Positions 37,570-46,402 of a DNA stretch of 64,000 bases are shown here, one piece after another. Source of the stretch: Candidatus Nealsonbacteria bacterium (lineage in GTDB: Bacteria > Patescibacteriota > Minisyncoccia > Minisyncoccales > PWPS01); assembly GCA_003557645.1 (NCBI GenBank), contig PWNV01000014.1:17989-81988 (forward strand). The letters run 5' to 3'. The notes under the pieces were generated by a model. It was not told where the DNA came from. It ran no database searches and saw only the letters and a program-made list of their open reading frames with translations. Position numbers and translations under genes: made by a program. Each line of letters begins with the position of its first letter. The stretch's first letter is position 1.

Positions 37570-38199
37570 ATGCCCTTAAGCACTCAAGAATTACTTGAAA
37601 TTAAGCAGATTAGAGAAGGTGTTCTCGTCCTCAAAAACAACCAGCTACGAGGAATTTTGATGGTTTCGTCAATAAATTTTGTTTTAAAATCTGAAGAAGA
37701 GCAAAAAGCAACTATTTATCATTTTCAATCCTTCTTGAATTCCTTGGATTTCTACTTACAGATAGTTATTCAGTCTAGAAGAACAAATATTAGGGGATAT
37801 ATTGATAAAATCAAGAAAATAGAAAAAGAACACACTAATGAGCTTTTACAGTTTCAAATAGCGGGTTATATAAAGTTCTTGGAAGACTTTGTAAGAAAGG
37901 AAGATGTTTATAGTAAAAACTTTTTTGTAATCATTCCTTATGGTGTTGGAGAGACTAAAACATCAACACGTGATGTTATGGCTGCTAGAAAAGGAACCCT
38001 TACTGATGAGATTTTTGAAAGGGCAAGAGATCAGCTATATCAAAGAATGGAGTTTGCCGCTTTGGGTCTTCGTAGGTGTGGTCTCCACTCCGCTCCATTA
38101 ACTTCTTCTGAAATTATAGAATTACTTTGGAGTATGCATCATCCAAAACAAGCAGAAAAGGGATATTTCCCAGAAATACCTGATGAACTTATTATGTAA
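37570..38199 (+). CDS. VirB4/TrsE/PrgJ-like ATPase, N-terminal fragment (split gene, part 1)
   Basis: REGVLVLKNNQLRGILMVSSINFVLKSEEEQKATIYHFQSFLNSLDFYLQIVI matches VirB4 N-terminal region; ends 17 nt inside next ORF in different frame. Confidence 0.6.
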   Translation: MPLSTQELLEIKQIREGVLVLKNNQLRGILMVSSINFVLKSEEEQKATIYHFQSFLNSLDFYLQIVIQSRRTNIRGYIDKIKKIEKEHTNELLQFQIAGYIKFLEDFVRKEDVYSKNFFVIIPYGVGETKTSTRDVMAARKGTLTDEIFERARDQLYQRMEFAALGLRRCGLHSAPLTSSEIIELLWSMHHPKQAEKGYFPEIPDELIM

Positions 38200-40021
38200 A
38201 ATGTCACATTTTATAAAAAATTTTAAAGAAATTCTTGGCTTAAATCTTCCTGGTAAAAAAACTTCTTCCAAGCCAGAGGAAGATGATGACTTTTTTGAGA
38301 TAAAAGACATTATCGCTCCTTCTTTTATAGAAGAGAAACAAGGAATGATAAAAATAGGTGAGAAAAGTTGTCGCTCTTTCTTTGTTTTCTCTTACCCTCA
38401 TTACCTTACAAGCGGTTGGCTTATCTCAGTAATTAACTTAGGAGCACAGATGGATATATCTTTTTTTATTCATTCTGTAGACACAACTCTTATTTTAAAA
38501 AAACTAAGAAAAAAACTTACTGAGGTTCAAGCAGAGATAATGGAAAATGAAAGTAAAGGAATTGTTCGCGATCCTGCTTTGGAAACAGCTCATCAAGACA
38601 TGGAAGATCTACGAGACAGACTTCAATCTGCACAAGAAAGAATGTTCCAGTTTGGCTTTTATATTACTATTTACGGAGATAATGATAAGGAGTTAGAGGA
38701 CATAGAAACCGTTTTAAGGTCTATATTGGAAGCAAAGGTAGTTTACCTTAAGTCTGCTCTCTTTCAGCAAAAGGACGGCTTTATTAGCACCTCTCCTTAC
38801 GGAAGAGATATACTTCAAACCCACAGCCCGATGAATACAGAACCCCTTTCCAGTATCTTCCCCTTTATTTCTTCCGAACTTACCTCTAACGACGGAATTT
38901 TATACGGAATCAACAAGCACAATAACTCTCTTGTTTTGTTTGATCGTTTTGAATTGGAAAATCCAAATCAAATAGTTTTTGGAACTTCGGGAGTAGGAAA
39001 ATCTTATCTCGTAAAATTAGCACTTCTAAGGTCTATTATGGTAGGCTCGGAAGCTATTGTTATTGATCCGGAAAACGAATACAAAACATTAGCCGAAGCA
39101 GTCGGAGGCTCTTTTTACGATATTTCCCTAGGTTCAGATAATCATATTAACCCTTTTGATATACCAGTTCCAAAAGAAGACGAAACAGCAGAGGAAGTTT
39201 TAAGGACAAATACCATTAATTTGGTTGGACTTTTAAGAATGATGTTGGGAGGATTAACTCCAGAAGAAGATGCTGTTATTGATCAAGCTATTTATGAGAC
39301 TTATGCAGCAAAAGACATCACAGCAGACAGTGATCCGAGTACATGGGAAGAAAAAGTACCTCTTTTTTCAGATTTAGAACAAATATTAGAATCAATGGAA
39401 GGAACAAGATCTCTGATGCTGCGTCTTAGAAGATTTTCAAAAGGAACTTATTCTAAGTTTTTTAACCAACACTCTAACGTCAAACTTGAAGGAAATCTAA
39501 CTGTTTTTGGGATAAGAGACCTTGAAGAAGAGCTCCGTCCGATGGCAATGTTTATTATTATGCGCTATATCTGGAAAACAGTAACCACCTCTATGAAAAA
39601 ACGAGTTCTCGTAATTGATGAGGCTTGGTGGATGATGCAGAGCGAAGATGGAGCATCATTCCTTTTTGGCTTAGTCAAAAGATCAAGAAAATACTGGTTA
39701 GGAGTTACTACTATTACTCAAGATGTTGCTGATTTTATGCGTTCCGAATACGGTCAACCCATCGTTACCAACTCTGCTCTAAAGGTACTACTTAAACAGT
39801 CCTCTGCTGTTATTGATAAAATTCAAGAAACATTTAGCCTTACAGATCAAGAAAAATTTATCCTTTTAGAAGGACAAGTGGGAGAGGGTATCTTTTTTGC
39901 TGGTCAAAAGAGAGTTGCTATTGAGATTACTGCCTCTCCTGCAGAAGACCAAATTATTACCTCTTCACCTGAAGAGATAAAGAAAATAAAGGATAAAAAG
40001 AGAAAAGAAGCAGGACTCTAA
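38183..40021 (+). CDS. VirB4/TrsE/PrgJ-like ATPase, C-terminal part (Walker A and DEAW Walker B)
   Basis: DIIAPSFIEE...FFVFSYPHYLTSGWL, Walker A GTSGVGKS, Walker B VLVIDEAWWMM (VirB4 family DEAW signature). Confidence 0.7.
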   Translation: MNLLCKMSHFIKNFKEILGLNLPGKKTSSKPEEDDDFFEIKDIIAPSFIEEKQGMIKIGEKSCRSFFVFSYPHYLTSGWLISVINLGAQMDISFFIHSVDTTLILKKLRKKLTEVQAEIMENESKGIVRDPALETAHQDMEDLRDRLQSAQERMFQFGFYITIYGDNDKELEDIETVLRSILEAKVVYLKSALFQQKDGFISTSPYGRDILQTHSPMNTEPLSSIFPFISSELTSNDGILYGINKHNNSLVLFDRFELENPNQIVFGTSGVGKSYLVKLALLRSIMVGSEAIVIDPENEYKTLAEAVGGSFYDISLGSDNHINPFDIPVPKEDETAEEVLRTNTINLVGLLRMMLGGLTPEEDAVIDQAIYETYAAKDITADSDPSTWEEKVPLFSDLEQILESMEGTRSLMLRLRRFSKGTYSKFFNQHSNVKLEGNLTVFGIRDLEEELRPMAMFIIMRYIWKTVTTSMKKRVLVIDEAWWMMQSEDGASFLFGLVKRSRKYWLGVTTITQDVADFMRSEYGQPIVTNSALKVLLKQSSAVIDKIQETFSLTDQEKFILLEGQVGEGIFFAGQKRVAIEITASPAEDQIITSSPEEIKKIKDKKRKEAGL

Positions 40022-40470
40022 TTTTTCTTTTTTATAACTACTCTCCTTTGAGAACCTTCGTCTACACTCTCTGTTATTATATCTTCTCTTTTCGCAAGGG
40101 TTAAATGAATAATTCTTCTCTCGTAAGCAGATAAGGAAGGAAATTTTTTTCCTACTCCAGTAAGAGAAACCTCATCAGCGGTTTTATTTGCAATTTCTTC
40201 TAGTTGTTCTCCTTTCCTTTTCTTATAATCATTAATATCTAGATTAATAAATAGTGGTTCAGAGCTGTTTTTTCTTGCTATGATCTTTAAAAGCCTTTCA
40301 ATCTCAACCAAGGATTGACCCCTCTCTCCTATAAAAGCTTGAGGGCTTTTTATCCTTGCATAAACATTAAGATTTTTATCGTCATTAGAAAAAAACTCCA
40401 CCTTAATGTCTGAATCAATTAAATAGAAAAATTTAATTATAATATCTTTGATTTCTTGCTTTGTCTTCAT
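40018..40470 (-). CDS. jag: Jag/KhpB RNA-binding protein (KH plus R3H)
   Basis: R3H motif ERRIIHLTL, position downstream of yidC. Confidence 0.7.
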   Translation of the reverse strand: MKTKQEIKDIIIKFFYLIDSDIKVEFFSNDDKNLNVYARIKSPQAFIGERGQSLVEIERLLKIIARKNSSEPLFINLDINDYKKRKGEQLEEIANKTADEVSLTGVGKKFPSLSAYERRIIHLTLAKREDIITESVDEGSQRRVVIKKKN

Positions 40471-41174
40471 ACTTCTTCACTTTTTTTCACCATATAATGT
40501 TGTGATATAGAAAAAATAATTGTTATTATCCAATAAAGTCCAACTGCAGAGGGAAGATTAAGAAGTATTATAAAAGTAAACCCTGGTAAGAAAATCATCA
40601 TGTGTGATTGCATCATTTTTGCCATATCCTTACTATCTTCTTTTCCTTTATTCTCCATCGTCATTTTCATTTGCAAATACTGTCCTCCTCCCGCTAAAAC
40701 AGCGAGAATAACATTTGCTGTTGACAGGTCTATAATTCCAAGGAATGTAGTGTCTACGCTCTCTGGAGAGGGAATAAAGTTGTAAAGATGAGTCATCTCT
40801 CCTGTTTCCAATCCTCTTCGAAAAATCTGAAACAAGGAAATAAGTATGGGTAGTTGAATAAAAAGAGGAAAAAGGCCAGAGAAAGGGTTAACTTTGGCTT
40901 TTTTATAAGCCTCCATTATCTTTCTTGCCTGAGTTTCTTTGTCATCCTTATATTTCTCTTGTAACTTCTTTATCTCAGGTTGAATCTTTTGTATTTCTTT
41001 TTGAGATCTTGTAGCCTTCAGTCCTAAGGGGTAAAGAATACTCTTAATAAGAACTGTGACTAGAACAACGGCAATTCCTAGGTCAGCAAAAGGAACTACG
41101 TTATAGAAAAAAATTAGCAAATTAAAGAGAGGCTGGTATATTGTTATGTAAAAAAAATCGGCTATAAAGCTCAT
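40467..41174 (-). CDS. yidC: Membrane protein insertase YidC (short, Gram-positive type)
   Basis: Multi-TM Oxa1 family pattern, rnpA-yidC-jag synteny. Confidence 0.8.
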   Translation of the reverse strand: MSFIADFFYITIYQPLFNLLIFFYNVVPFADLGIAVVLVTVLIKSILYPLGLKATRSQKEIQKIQPEIKKLQEKYKDDKETQARKIMEAYKKAKVNPFSGLFPLFIQLPILISLFQIFRRGLETGEMTHLYNFIPSPESVDTTFLGIIDLSTANVILAVLAGGGQYLQMKMTMENKGKEDSKDMAKMMQSHMMIFLPGFTFIILLNLPSAVGLYWIITIIFSISQHYMVKKSEEV

Positions 41175-41178
41175 TGTT

Positions 41179-41523
41179 TTAACTCTTAATCACCTTCGCT
41201 TTTTGTAATATATCCACTACTCCTTCCTTGATCTCTTTATAACTTCTTTTATCTAAGTCTTTCTTACTGATAACAATAACATCAAACCCTTTTTCAATTT
41301 GTTTAAAAACACTTCTTACTGCTTCTCTTTTCTTTCTTTTTAAGGTATTCCTTACTACTGCTTTTCTATATATTTTTACTGGAACAACAAAAGCGAAACG
41401 GGAGAAATCTAAATTATTTTCTTTTACTTTTATTAAGTAAGTCTGATTTTCAAACTTCTTTCCGTTTCGAAAAATATCATCAAACTCCTTCCTTTTTTTA
41501 ATTCTATATTTAAAAGAAAGCAT
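41179..41523 (-). CDS. rnpA: Ribonuclease P protein component
   Basis: Basic small protein, RNR-like motif region, synteny rpmH-rnpA. Confidence 0.75.
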   Translation of the reverse strand: MLSFKYRIKKRKEFDDIFRNGKKFENQTYLIKVKENNLDFSRFAFVVPVKIYRKAVVRNTLKRKKREAVRSVFKQIEKGFDVIVISKKDLDKRSYKEIKEGVVDILQKAKVIKS

Positions 41524-41526
41524 TAA

Positions 41527-41661
41527 TTAGACAGTAAGCCTGCTTCTTTTCTTCCTTATTCTGCGCTTTAAAACAGATCTTCCTGCTTTGTTTTTAATTC
41601 TTGCAAAAAATCCATGCGCTCTTTTCCTTTTTCTATTTTTTGGATTAGTAAAAAATGACAT
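41527..41661 (-). CDS. rpmH: 50S ribosomal protein L34 (not in ORF track, 44 aa)
   Basis: Manual translation MSFFTNPKNRKRKRAHGFFARIKNKAGRSVLKRRIRKKRSRLTV matches L34 consensus. Confidence 0.85.
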   Translation of the reverse strand: MSFFTNPKNRKRKRAHGFFARIKNKAGRSVLKRRIRKKRSRLTV

Positions 41662-41840
41662 AGTTTCGTAAAATTTACCTTGTTATTCTACTTCAAATTA
41701 ATTTAAATGTCAATTTATAAAACTAAATTAGTTATCCCCACTTTTTCCACATGTTATTAAGATATTAACAGATAAATGGAGTTTTCCCCACCATTTTAAT
41801 TATGCTATAATCCACCTAGTTAATTTTAATATAATTAAAA
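41662..41840. promoter_or_regulatory. Chromosomal replication origin region (oriC) with DnaA-box cluster between rpmH and dnaA
   Basis: AT-rich; DnaA-box-like 9-mers ttatcccca (41732), ttttccaca (41744), ttttcccca (41782), taatccacc (about 41808) all same orientation. Confidence 0.7.
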
Positions 41841-43193
41841 ATGATTACAGAGAAAGAAAAACTTTGGCAATCAGTCTTAGCTCAAGTTCAATTAAATACC
41901 TCTGAAGCAAATTTTAATACATGGTTTAAGGGCACTCAAATTTATTCCCTTGAGGATCCTAAAATAATTATTGCTGTTCCTAATTCTTTTGTAAAAGAGT
42001 GGCTAGAAAATAAATATAACAAAATAATACTTAAAACAATAAAAGAGCTAAATAATAATATAAAAGAAATTAATTATATTATTAAAACCCCTAGCAAAAA
42101 AGAAGTAGAGAGAGAGGAAAAGATTGGACCGATTAATCAAATGCAATTTCAAGAGTTTTCAGTAGACTCATCTACAGGTCTAAATCCTAAATATACATTT
42201 GAAAATTTTGTAGTTGGTCCTTTTAATGAACTCGCACATGCTGCTAGTTTTGCTGTTTCAGAGAGTCCCGGAACAATTTATAATCCCCTTTTTATTTATG
42301 GGAAAACAGGGCTTGGAAAAACACATCTTTTACAAGCAGTAGGAAACGAGATAAAAAATAAAATTAAGAATAAAAATATTTTATATATTCAAGCACAAAA
42401 GTTTATCTCTGAAGTAGTTTCTTCTATAAGAAATGGAAAGATGGAGGAGTTTAAAAATCAATATAAAGATATTGATATTATTATTATTGATGACATTCAA
42501 TTCCTTTCAGGAAAAGAAAAAACACAAGAAGAGTTTTTTCATATTTTTAATGAATTATATGAGAAAAATAAACAAATTATTCTTTCTTCAGACAGACCTC
42601 CAAAATCAATTAATGCTCTTACTGATAGATTAAGATCTCGATTTGAAGGAGGGATGATTACTGATATAGATTATCCTGATCTTGAAACTAGAGCCGCTAT
42701 TCTTAAGAAGAAGGCTATCGAAAAAGAATTTAATCTTTCTGATGATGTCTGTTCTTATATAGTAGAAAATATTCAAAAAAATATCAGAGAATTAGAGGGA
42801 GTTTTAAATAAATTAATAATTCATCAAAAAGTTCATAAAGAAGATATTAATATGGACAGAATAAAGATTGTTTTAAAAAATATAATTCAATCTTCAACAA
42901 CCTCTTTTTCTTCACAAAATATATTTAAAGTTGTATCAGATTATTATGAAATTAATGAAAAGGAGATAAAAAGCTCTTCTAGAAAAAGAGAAATTGTAAA
43001 ACCAAGACAAATTATAATTTATTTATTAAGAAATGAATTAAATTATTCCTTTCCTTATATTGGTAAAAAAATAGGAGGAAAAGATCATACAACAATAATA
43101 TATTCTTTTAATAAAATAAATAAGGATTTAAAAATAAATGAAGATTTAAGAGAGGAGATATCATATATTAAACAAACAATATCTTCTATGTAA
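41841..43193 (+). CDS. dnaA: Chromosomal replication initiator DnaA
   Basis: AAA+ Walker A GKTGLGKTHL, DnaA domain IV; rpmH-dnaA-dnaN synteny. Confidence 0.9.
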   Translation: MITEKEKLWQSVLAQVQLNTSEANFNTWFKGTQIYSLEDPKIIIAVPNSFVKEWLENKYNKIILKTIKELNNNIKEINYIIKTPSKKEVEREEKIGPINQMQFQEFSVDSSTGLNPKYTFENFVVGPFNELAHAASFAVSESPGTIYNPLFIYGKTGLGKTHLLQAVGNEIKNKIKNKNILYIQAQKFISEVVSSIRNGKMEEFKNQYKDIDIIIIDDIQFLSGKEKTQEEFFHIFNELYEKNKQIILSSDRPPKSINALTDRLRSRFEGGMITDIDYPDLETRAAILKKKAIEKEFNLSDDVCSYIVENIQKNIRELEGVLNKLIIHQKVHKEDINMDRIKIVLKNIIQSSTTSFSSQNIFKVVSDYYEINEKEIKSSSRKREIVKPRQIIIYLLRNELNYSFPYIGKKIGGKDHTTIIYSFNKINKDLKINEDLREEISYIKQTISSM

Positions 43194-43369
43194 AAGTTGT
43201 GGAAAAGATGTAAAAAAGATGAATATAATTAAAACTTCTTTTTTTCTCCTTATTTATCCCCTTTTCTTTTTTCCTTTTTTACCACTTTTCTTCAATTATT
43301 TTCCCCACCTTATTTAAGTTTAAAAACTAAATTAATAACATCTTTAATAATAACAATAAATTTAAAAGT
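43194..43369. promoter_or_regulatory. Second DnaA-box cluster between dnaA and dnaN (bipartite origin)
   Basis: tgtggaaaa (43198, reverse box), tttatcccc (about 43253), ttttcccca (43310); AT-rich. Confidence 0.55.
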
Positions 43370-44488
43370 ATGAATATTAAAGTATTACAGAGTAAATTAA
43401 AGGAAGGGTTAAATATTATAAGTAGAGCATCTCTTAAATCTACTACTCTCCCTATTTTGAAAAATATTTTAATAAAAGGAGAAAATAATTTTCTTTCACT
43501 TTTATCTACAGATTTAGAAATTGGTATAAATTGGTGGACGCTTGCAAAAGTGGAAAAGGATGGAGAGATAACTGTTCCTTTTAATGTTTTATCAAGTTTT
43601 GTAAATTTACTTCCAAATGAAAAAGTTGATTTAATTTTAAAAAAAGAGACTTTATCTGTTCAGTGTGAGGATTATAAAATCCAAATTAATGGTGTTAATA
43701 CGAAAGAATTTCCTATTATTCCTAAAATAGAGGAAAAAAATTCTATAAATTTAAGTAGTAAGAGTTTTTGTGAAGGTTTATCTCAAATAATTGATATTCC
43801 TTCTTTATCTAAAGTAAAACCAGAGATATCAGGGATATTACTATGTTTTACAAAAGAGGGAGTAAAAATAGTTGCAACTGATAGTTATAGATTAGCGGAA
43901 AAACAGATCAATATTAAAAATAAAAGCAGTAATCTTTCTTTTATTATTCCTCAAAAAACAGCACGAGAAGTTGTTAATATATTTAAAGATTTAGATGAGG
44001 AGATGGAGATTATTTTTGGTGATAATCAAATTTTATTTAGAGCAAATATGAAGGAAGCAGAGCACCCTTATATCGAGCTTACCTCTAAATTAATTGAGGG
44101 AGAGTATCCTGACTATAAGAGTATTATTCCTCCTAGTTTTAAATCGCAAATTATATTAGATAGAGAAGAATTTCTAAATAAGATAAAAGCAGCGAGTATT
44201 TTTAGTGGAAGGGTAAATGAAGTTAATTTAGATATTAATACTGAAAAAGAAGAGATAGTTATTAAGAGCCAAGCTACTGATCTTGGGGATTATAAAGCTA
44301 AAATAAAAGGAAGAGCTGAAGGTGATAAGGTAAATGTTTCTTTTAATAATCGTTTCCTTTTAGATGGACTTGTAAATATCAAAAGCTCAGAAGTAGTTTT
44401 TGAAATTAGTGGAGATTCTAGTCCTGGCGTTTTAAAACCAGTTGGAAAAAGTGATTTTCTTTATGTGGTTATGCCGATTAAAAGTTAA
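43370..44488 (+). CDS. dnaN: DNA polymerase III beta sliding clamp
   Basis: Three-domain clamp, 372 aa, follows dnaA. Confidence 0.85.
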   Translation: MNIKVLQSKLKEGLNIISRASLKSTTLPILKNILIKGENNFLSLLSTDLEIGINWWTLAKVEKDGEITVPFNVLSSFVNLLPNEKVDLILKKETLSVQCEDYKIQINGVNTKEFPIIPKIEEKNSINLSSKSFCEGLSQIIDIPSLSKVKPEISGILLCFTKEGVKIVATDSYRLAEKQINIKNKSSNLSFIIPQKTAREVVNIFKDLDEEMEIIFGDNQILFRANMKEAEHPYIELTSKLIEGEYPDYKSIIPPSFKSQIILDREEFLNKIKAASIFSGRVNEVNLDINTEKEEIVIKSQATDLGDYKAKIKGRAEGDKVNVSFNNRFLLDGLVNIKSSEVVFEISGDSSPGVLKPVGKSDFLYVVMPIKS

Positions 44489-46347
44489 AGAAAACTTTCA
44501 AAAAATTCTCTCCAAATAGGTGCGGTAACAACTATTCCAGGCGCGTTTATCATTGATGCATTATTATTATTACCCGTCCACACTCCTACCACTAAAGAAG
44601 AGTTATATCCGATTGTCCATCCATCTCGGAAGTTTTGTGTACTACCTGTTTTTACTGCGATGTCGTGGTCTGGGAAATGAAGTAAAGAATTTTGACCAAA
44701 AACAGGGGCTCTTGCTGAATTATCAGAAAGGATGTCAGTTATTTCTTCTGCTATAGAAGAAGAAAGAACTCTTCTTAATGTTGGTTCGTTTTTTTCTATA
44801 ATATTACCGTGCTTATCAGTTATCTTTTTAATAAAGATAGGAGAATTTCTGTATCCACCAGAAGCAAAAACTCCATAAGCAGAAGTTATTTCAAGTAGCT
44901 TTACATCTCCTCCTCCTAAAACAAGAGGAAGGCCATAAAAACTGGCATCACGAGGAAGTTCAATTCCAAAAAGCCTTGCGTTTTCTACGCTTCTTTCTAA
45001 ACCAGCTAAGTCTCTTAGTGCTTTAACAGAAGGTATATTTAGAGATTGTGCAAGGGACTGTCTAAGAGTTACCTCTCCTCTGAACTGGCCGTCGTAATTT
45101 CTTGGTATATAAGGGTTACTTACTGTTCCAAAATTTGTTCTTTCATCTATTACAATAGTATCTCCACTGTAACCATTCTGGAAAGCTGTTGCATAAACGA
45201 AAGGTTTAAAAGAGGAACCAGGTTGCCTTTCTCTCATTGCTACATTTGAATAAGGATCAAATTTACAAGTAGATCCAGGAATACAACCTTCTGGAAAGGG
45301 TTCACTTGAATAATCTACTGATCCTACCATAGCAAGAATTTCTCCTGTATTAGGCTCAATAGCAACTAAAGCAGAGTTATAAGCGTTGTGTTGATAGTTA
45401 TTAACAGCTTTTTCTTTTATAATCTTTTCTGCTTTTTGCTGCATTTCAAAGTCAATAGTAGTATAAACTTGAAGACCATTCTCTTTTAAAAACTCTTCTC
45501 CATATTTTTTCTCTAATTGACTTTTAACTTCCATTACAAAGTGTGGAGCTCGAAGATAAATCGAGAAAGATGAAAACTCTAAATCTTCTTCTTTCGCTTC
45601 TTCTAACTCCTCCTCTGTTATTAAATCGTTTTGGTACATTCTATTTAAGAGATGATCTTTCCTAAGAATTAAAGTCTCTACGTTTTCTCCAAAAGGAGAA
45701 AGGTAACTTGGAGAGGGAACAAGAGTTACTAAGACAGCAGACTCGTTAAGACTTAATTCTTTTGCAGGTTTATTGAAGTAGGTTTGTGCTGCTGCCTCAA
45801 TTCCATAAGCGTTATGACCAAAAGGAATTTGATTTAAATAAAATTCAAGAATTTGATCTTTCGAATATCTTCTTTCTAGCTCTAATGTAAGAATAATCTC
45901 TCTTATTTTTCTCATATAAGTTCTTTCTGCGCTGAGGAAGGCAGAGCGGACAAATTGTTGAGAGATAGTTGAGCCCCCTGCTACAGTCCTTCCTCTTTGG
46001 AAATTAGCTATTGCTGAACGAACTATTCCTTGAAAATCTACTCCATAGTGATTATAGAAATTAGAGTCTTCTGCGGTGAGAATAGCATCTATAAAGTGAG
46101 GAGGAATATCTGATATTTCTATTACATCTCTTCTTTCTTCTCCGTGAATGGTGTAAAGGAGATGATTTCCACTTCTATCGTAGATGTGAGTAGGTTCTGC
46201 TGTGGGACTATCCATAAAACGTTCTGGACGTGGAAGATCTCGCGCAAAATAGATAAAGACGAGGGAAGCAAAAAGAACAACGGAAAGAATAACCGCGATA
46301 AAGCCGTAAAGCAAATTAATAAGTATTTTTTTTCTTTTCATTTTCAT
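44485..46347 (-). CDS. Class A penicillin-binding protein (GT51 transglycosylase plus transpeptidase)
   Basis: N-terminal TM, GT51 motifs EDSNFYNHYGVD, GGSTISQQ, RKIRE; SxxK transpeptidase region. Confidence 0.85.
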   Translation of the reverse strand: MKMKRKKILINLLYGFIAVILSVVLFASLVFIYFARDLPRPERFMDSPTAEPTHIYDRSGNHLLYTIHGEERRDVIEISDIPPHFIDAILTAEDSNFYNHYGVDFQGIVRSAIANFQRGRTVAGGSTISQQFVRSAFLSAERTYMRKIREIILTLELERRYSKDQILEFYLNQIPFGHNAYGIEAAAQTYFNKPAKELSLNESAVLVTLVPSPSYLSPFGENVETLILRKDHLLNRMYQNDLITEEELEEAKEEDLEFSSFSIYLRAPHFVMEVKSQLEKKYGEEFLKENGLQVYTTIDFEMQQKAEKIIKEKAVNNYQHNAYNSALVAIEPNTGEILAMVGSVDYSSEPFPEGCIPGSTCKFDPYSNVAMRERQPGSSFKPFVYATAFQNGYSGDTIVIDERTNFGTVSNPYIPRNYDGQFRGEVTLRQSLAQSLNIPSVKALRDLAGLERSVENARLFGIELPRDASFYGLPLVLGGGDVKLLEITSAYGVFASGGYRNSPIFIKKITDKHGNIIEKNEPTLRRVLSSSIAEEITDILSDNSARAPVFGQNSLLHFPDHDIAVKTGSTQNFRDGWTIGYNSSLVVGVWTGNNNNASMINAPGIVVTAPIWREFFESFL

Positions 46348-46402
46348 CTTCTCTATTTTATCTTAATTATCTAATTTTTCAAATAATAATATTTTTGTTA
46401 TA

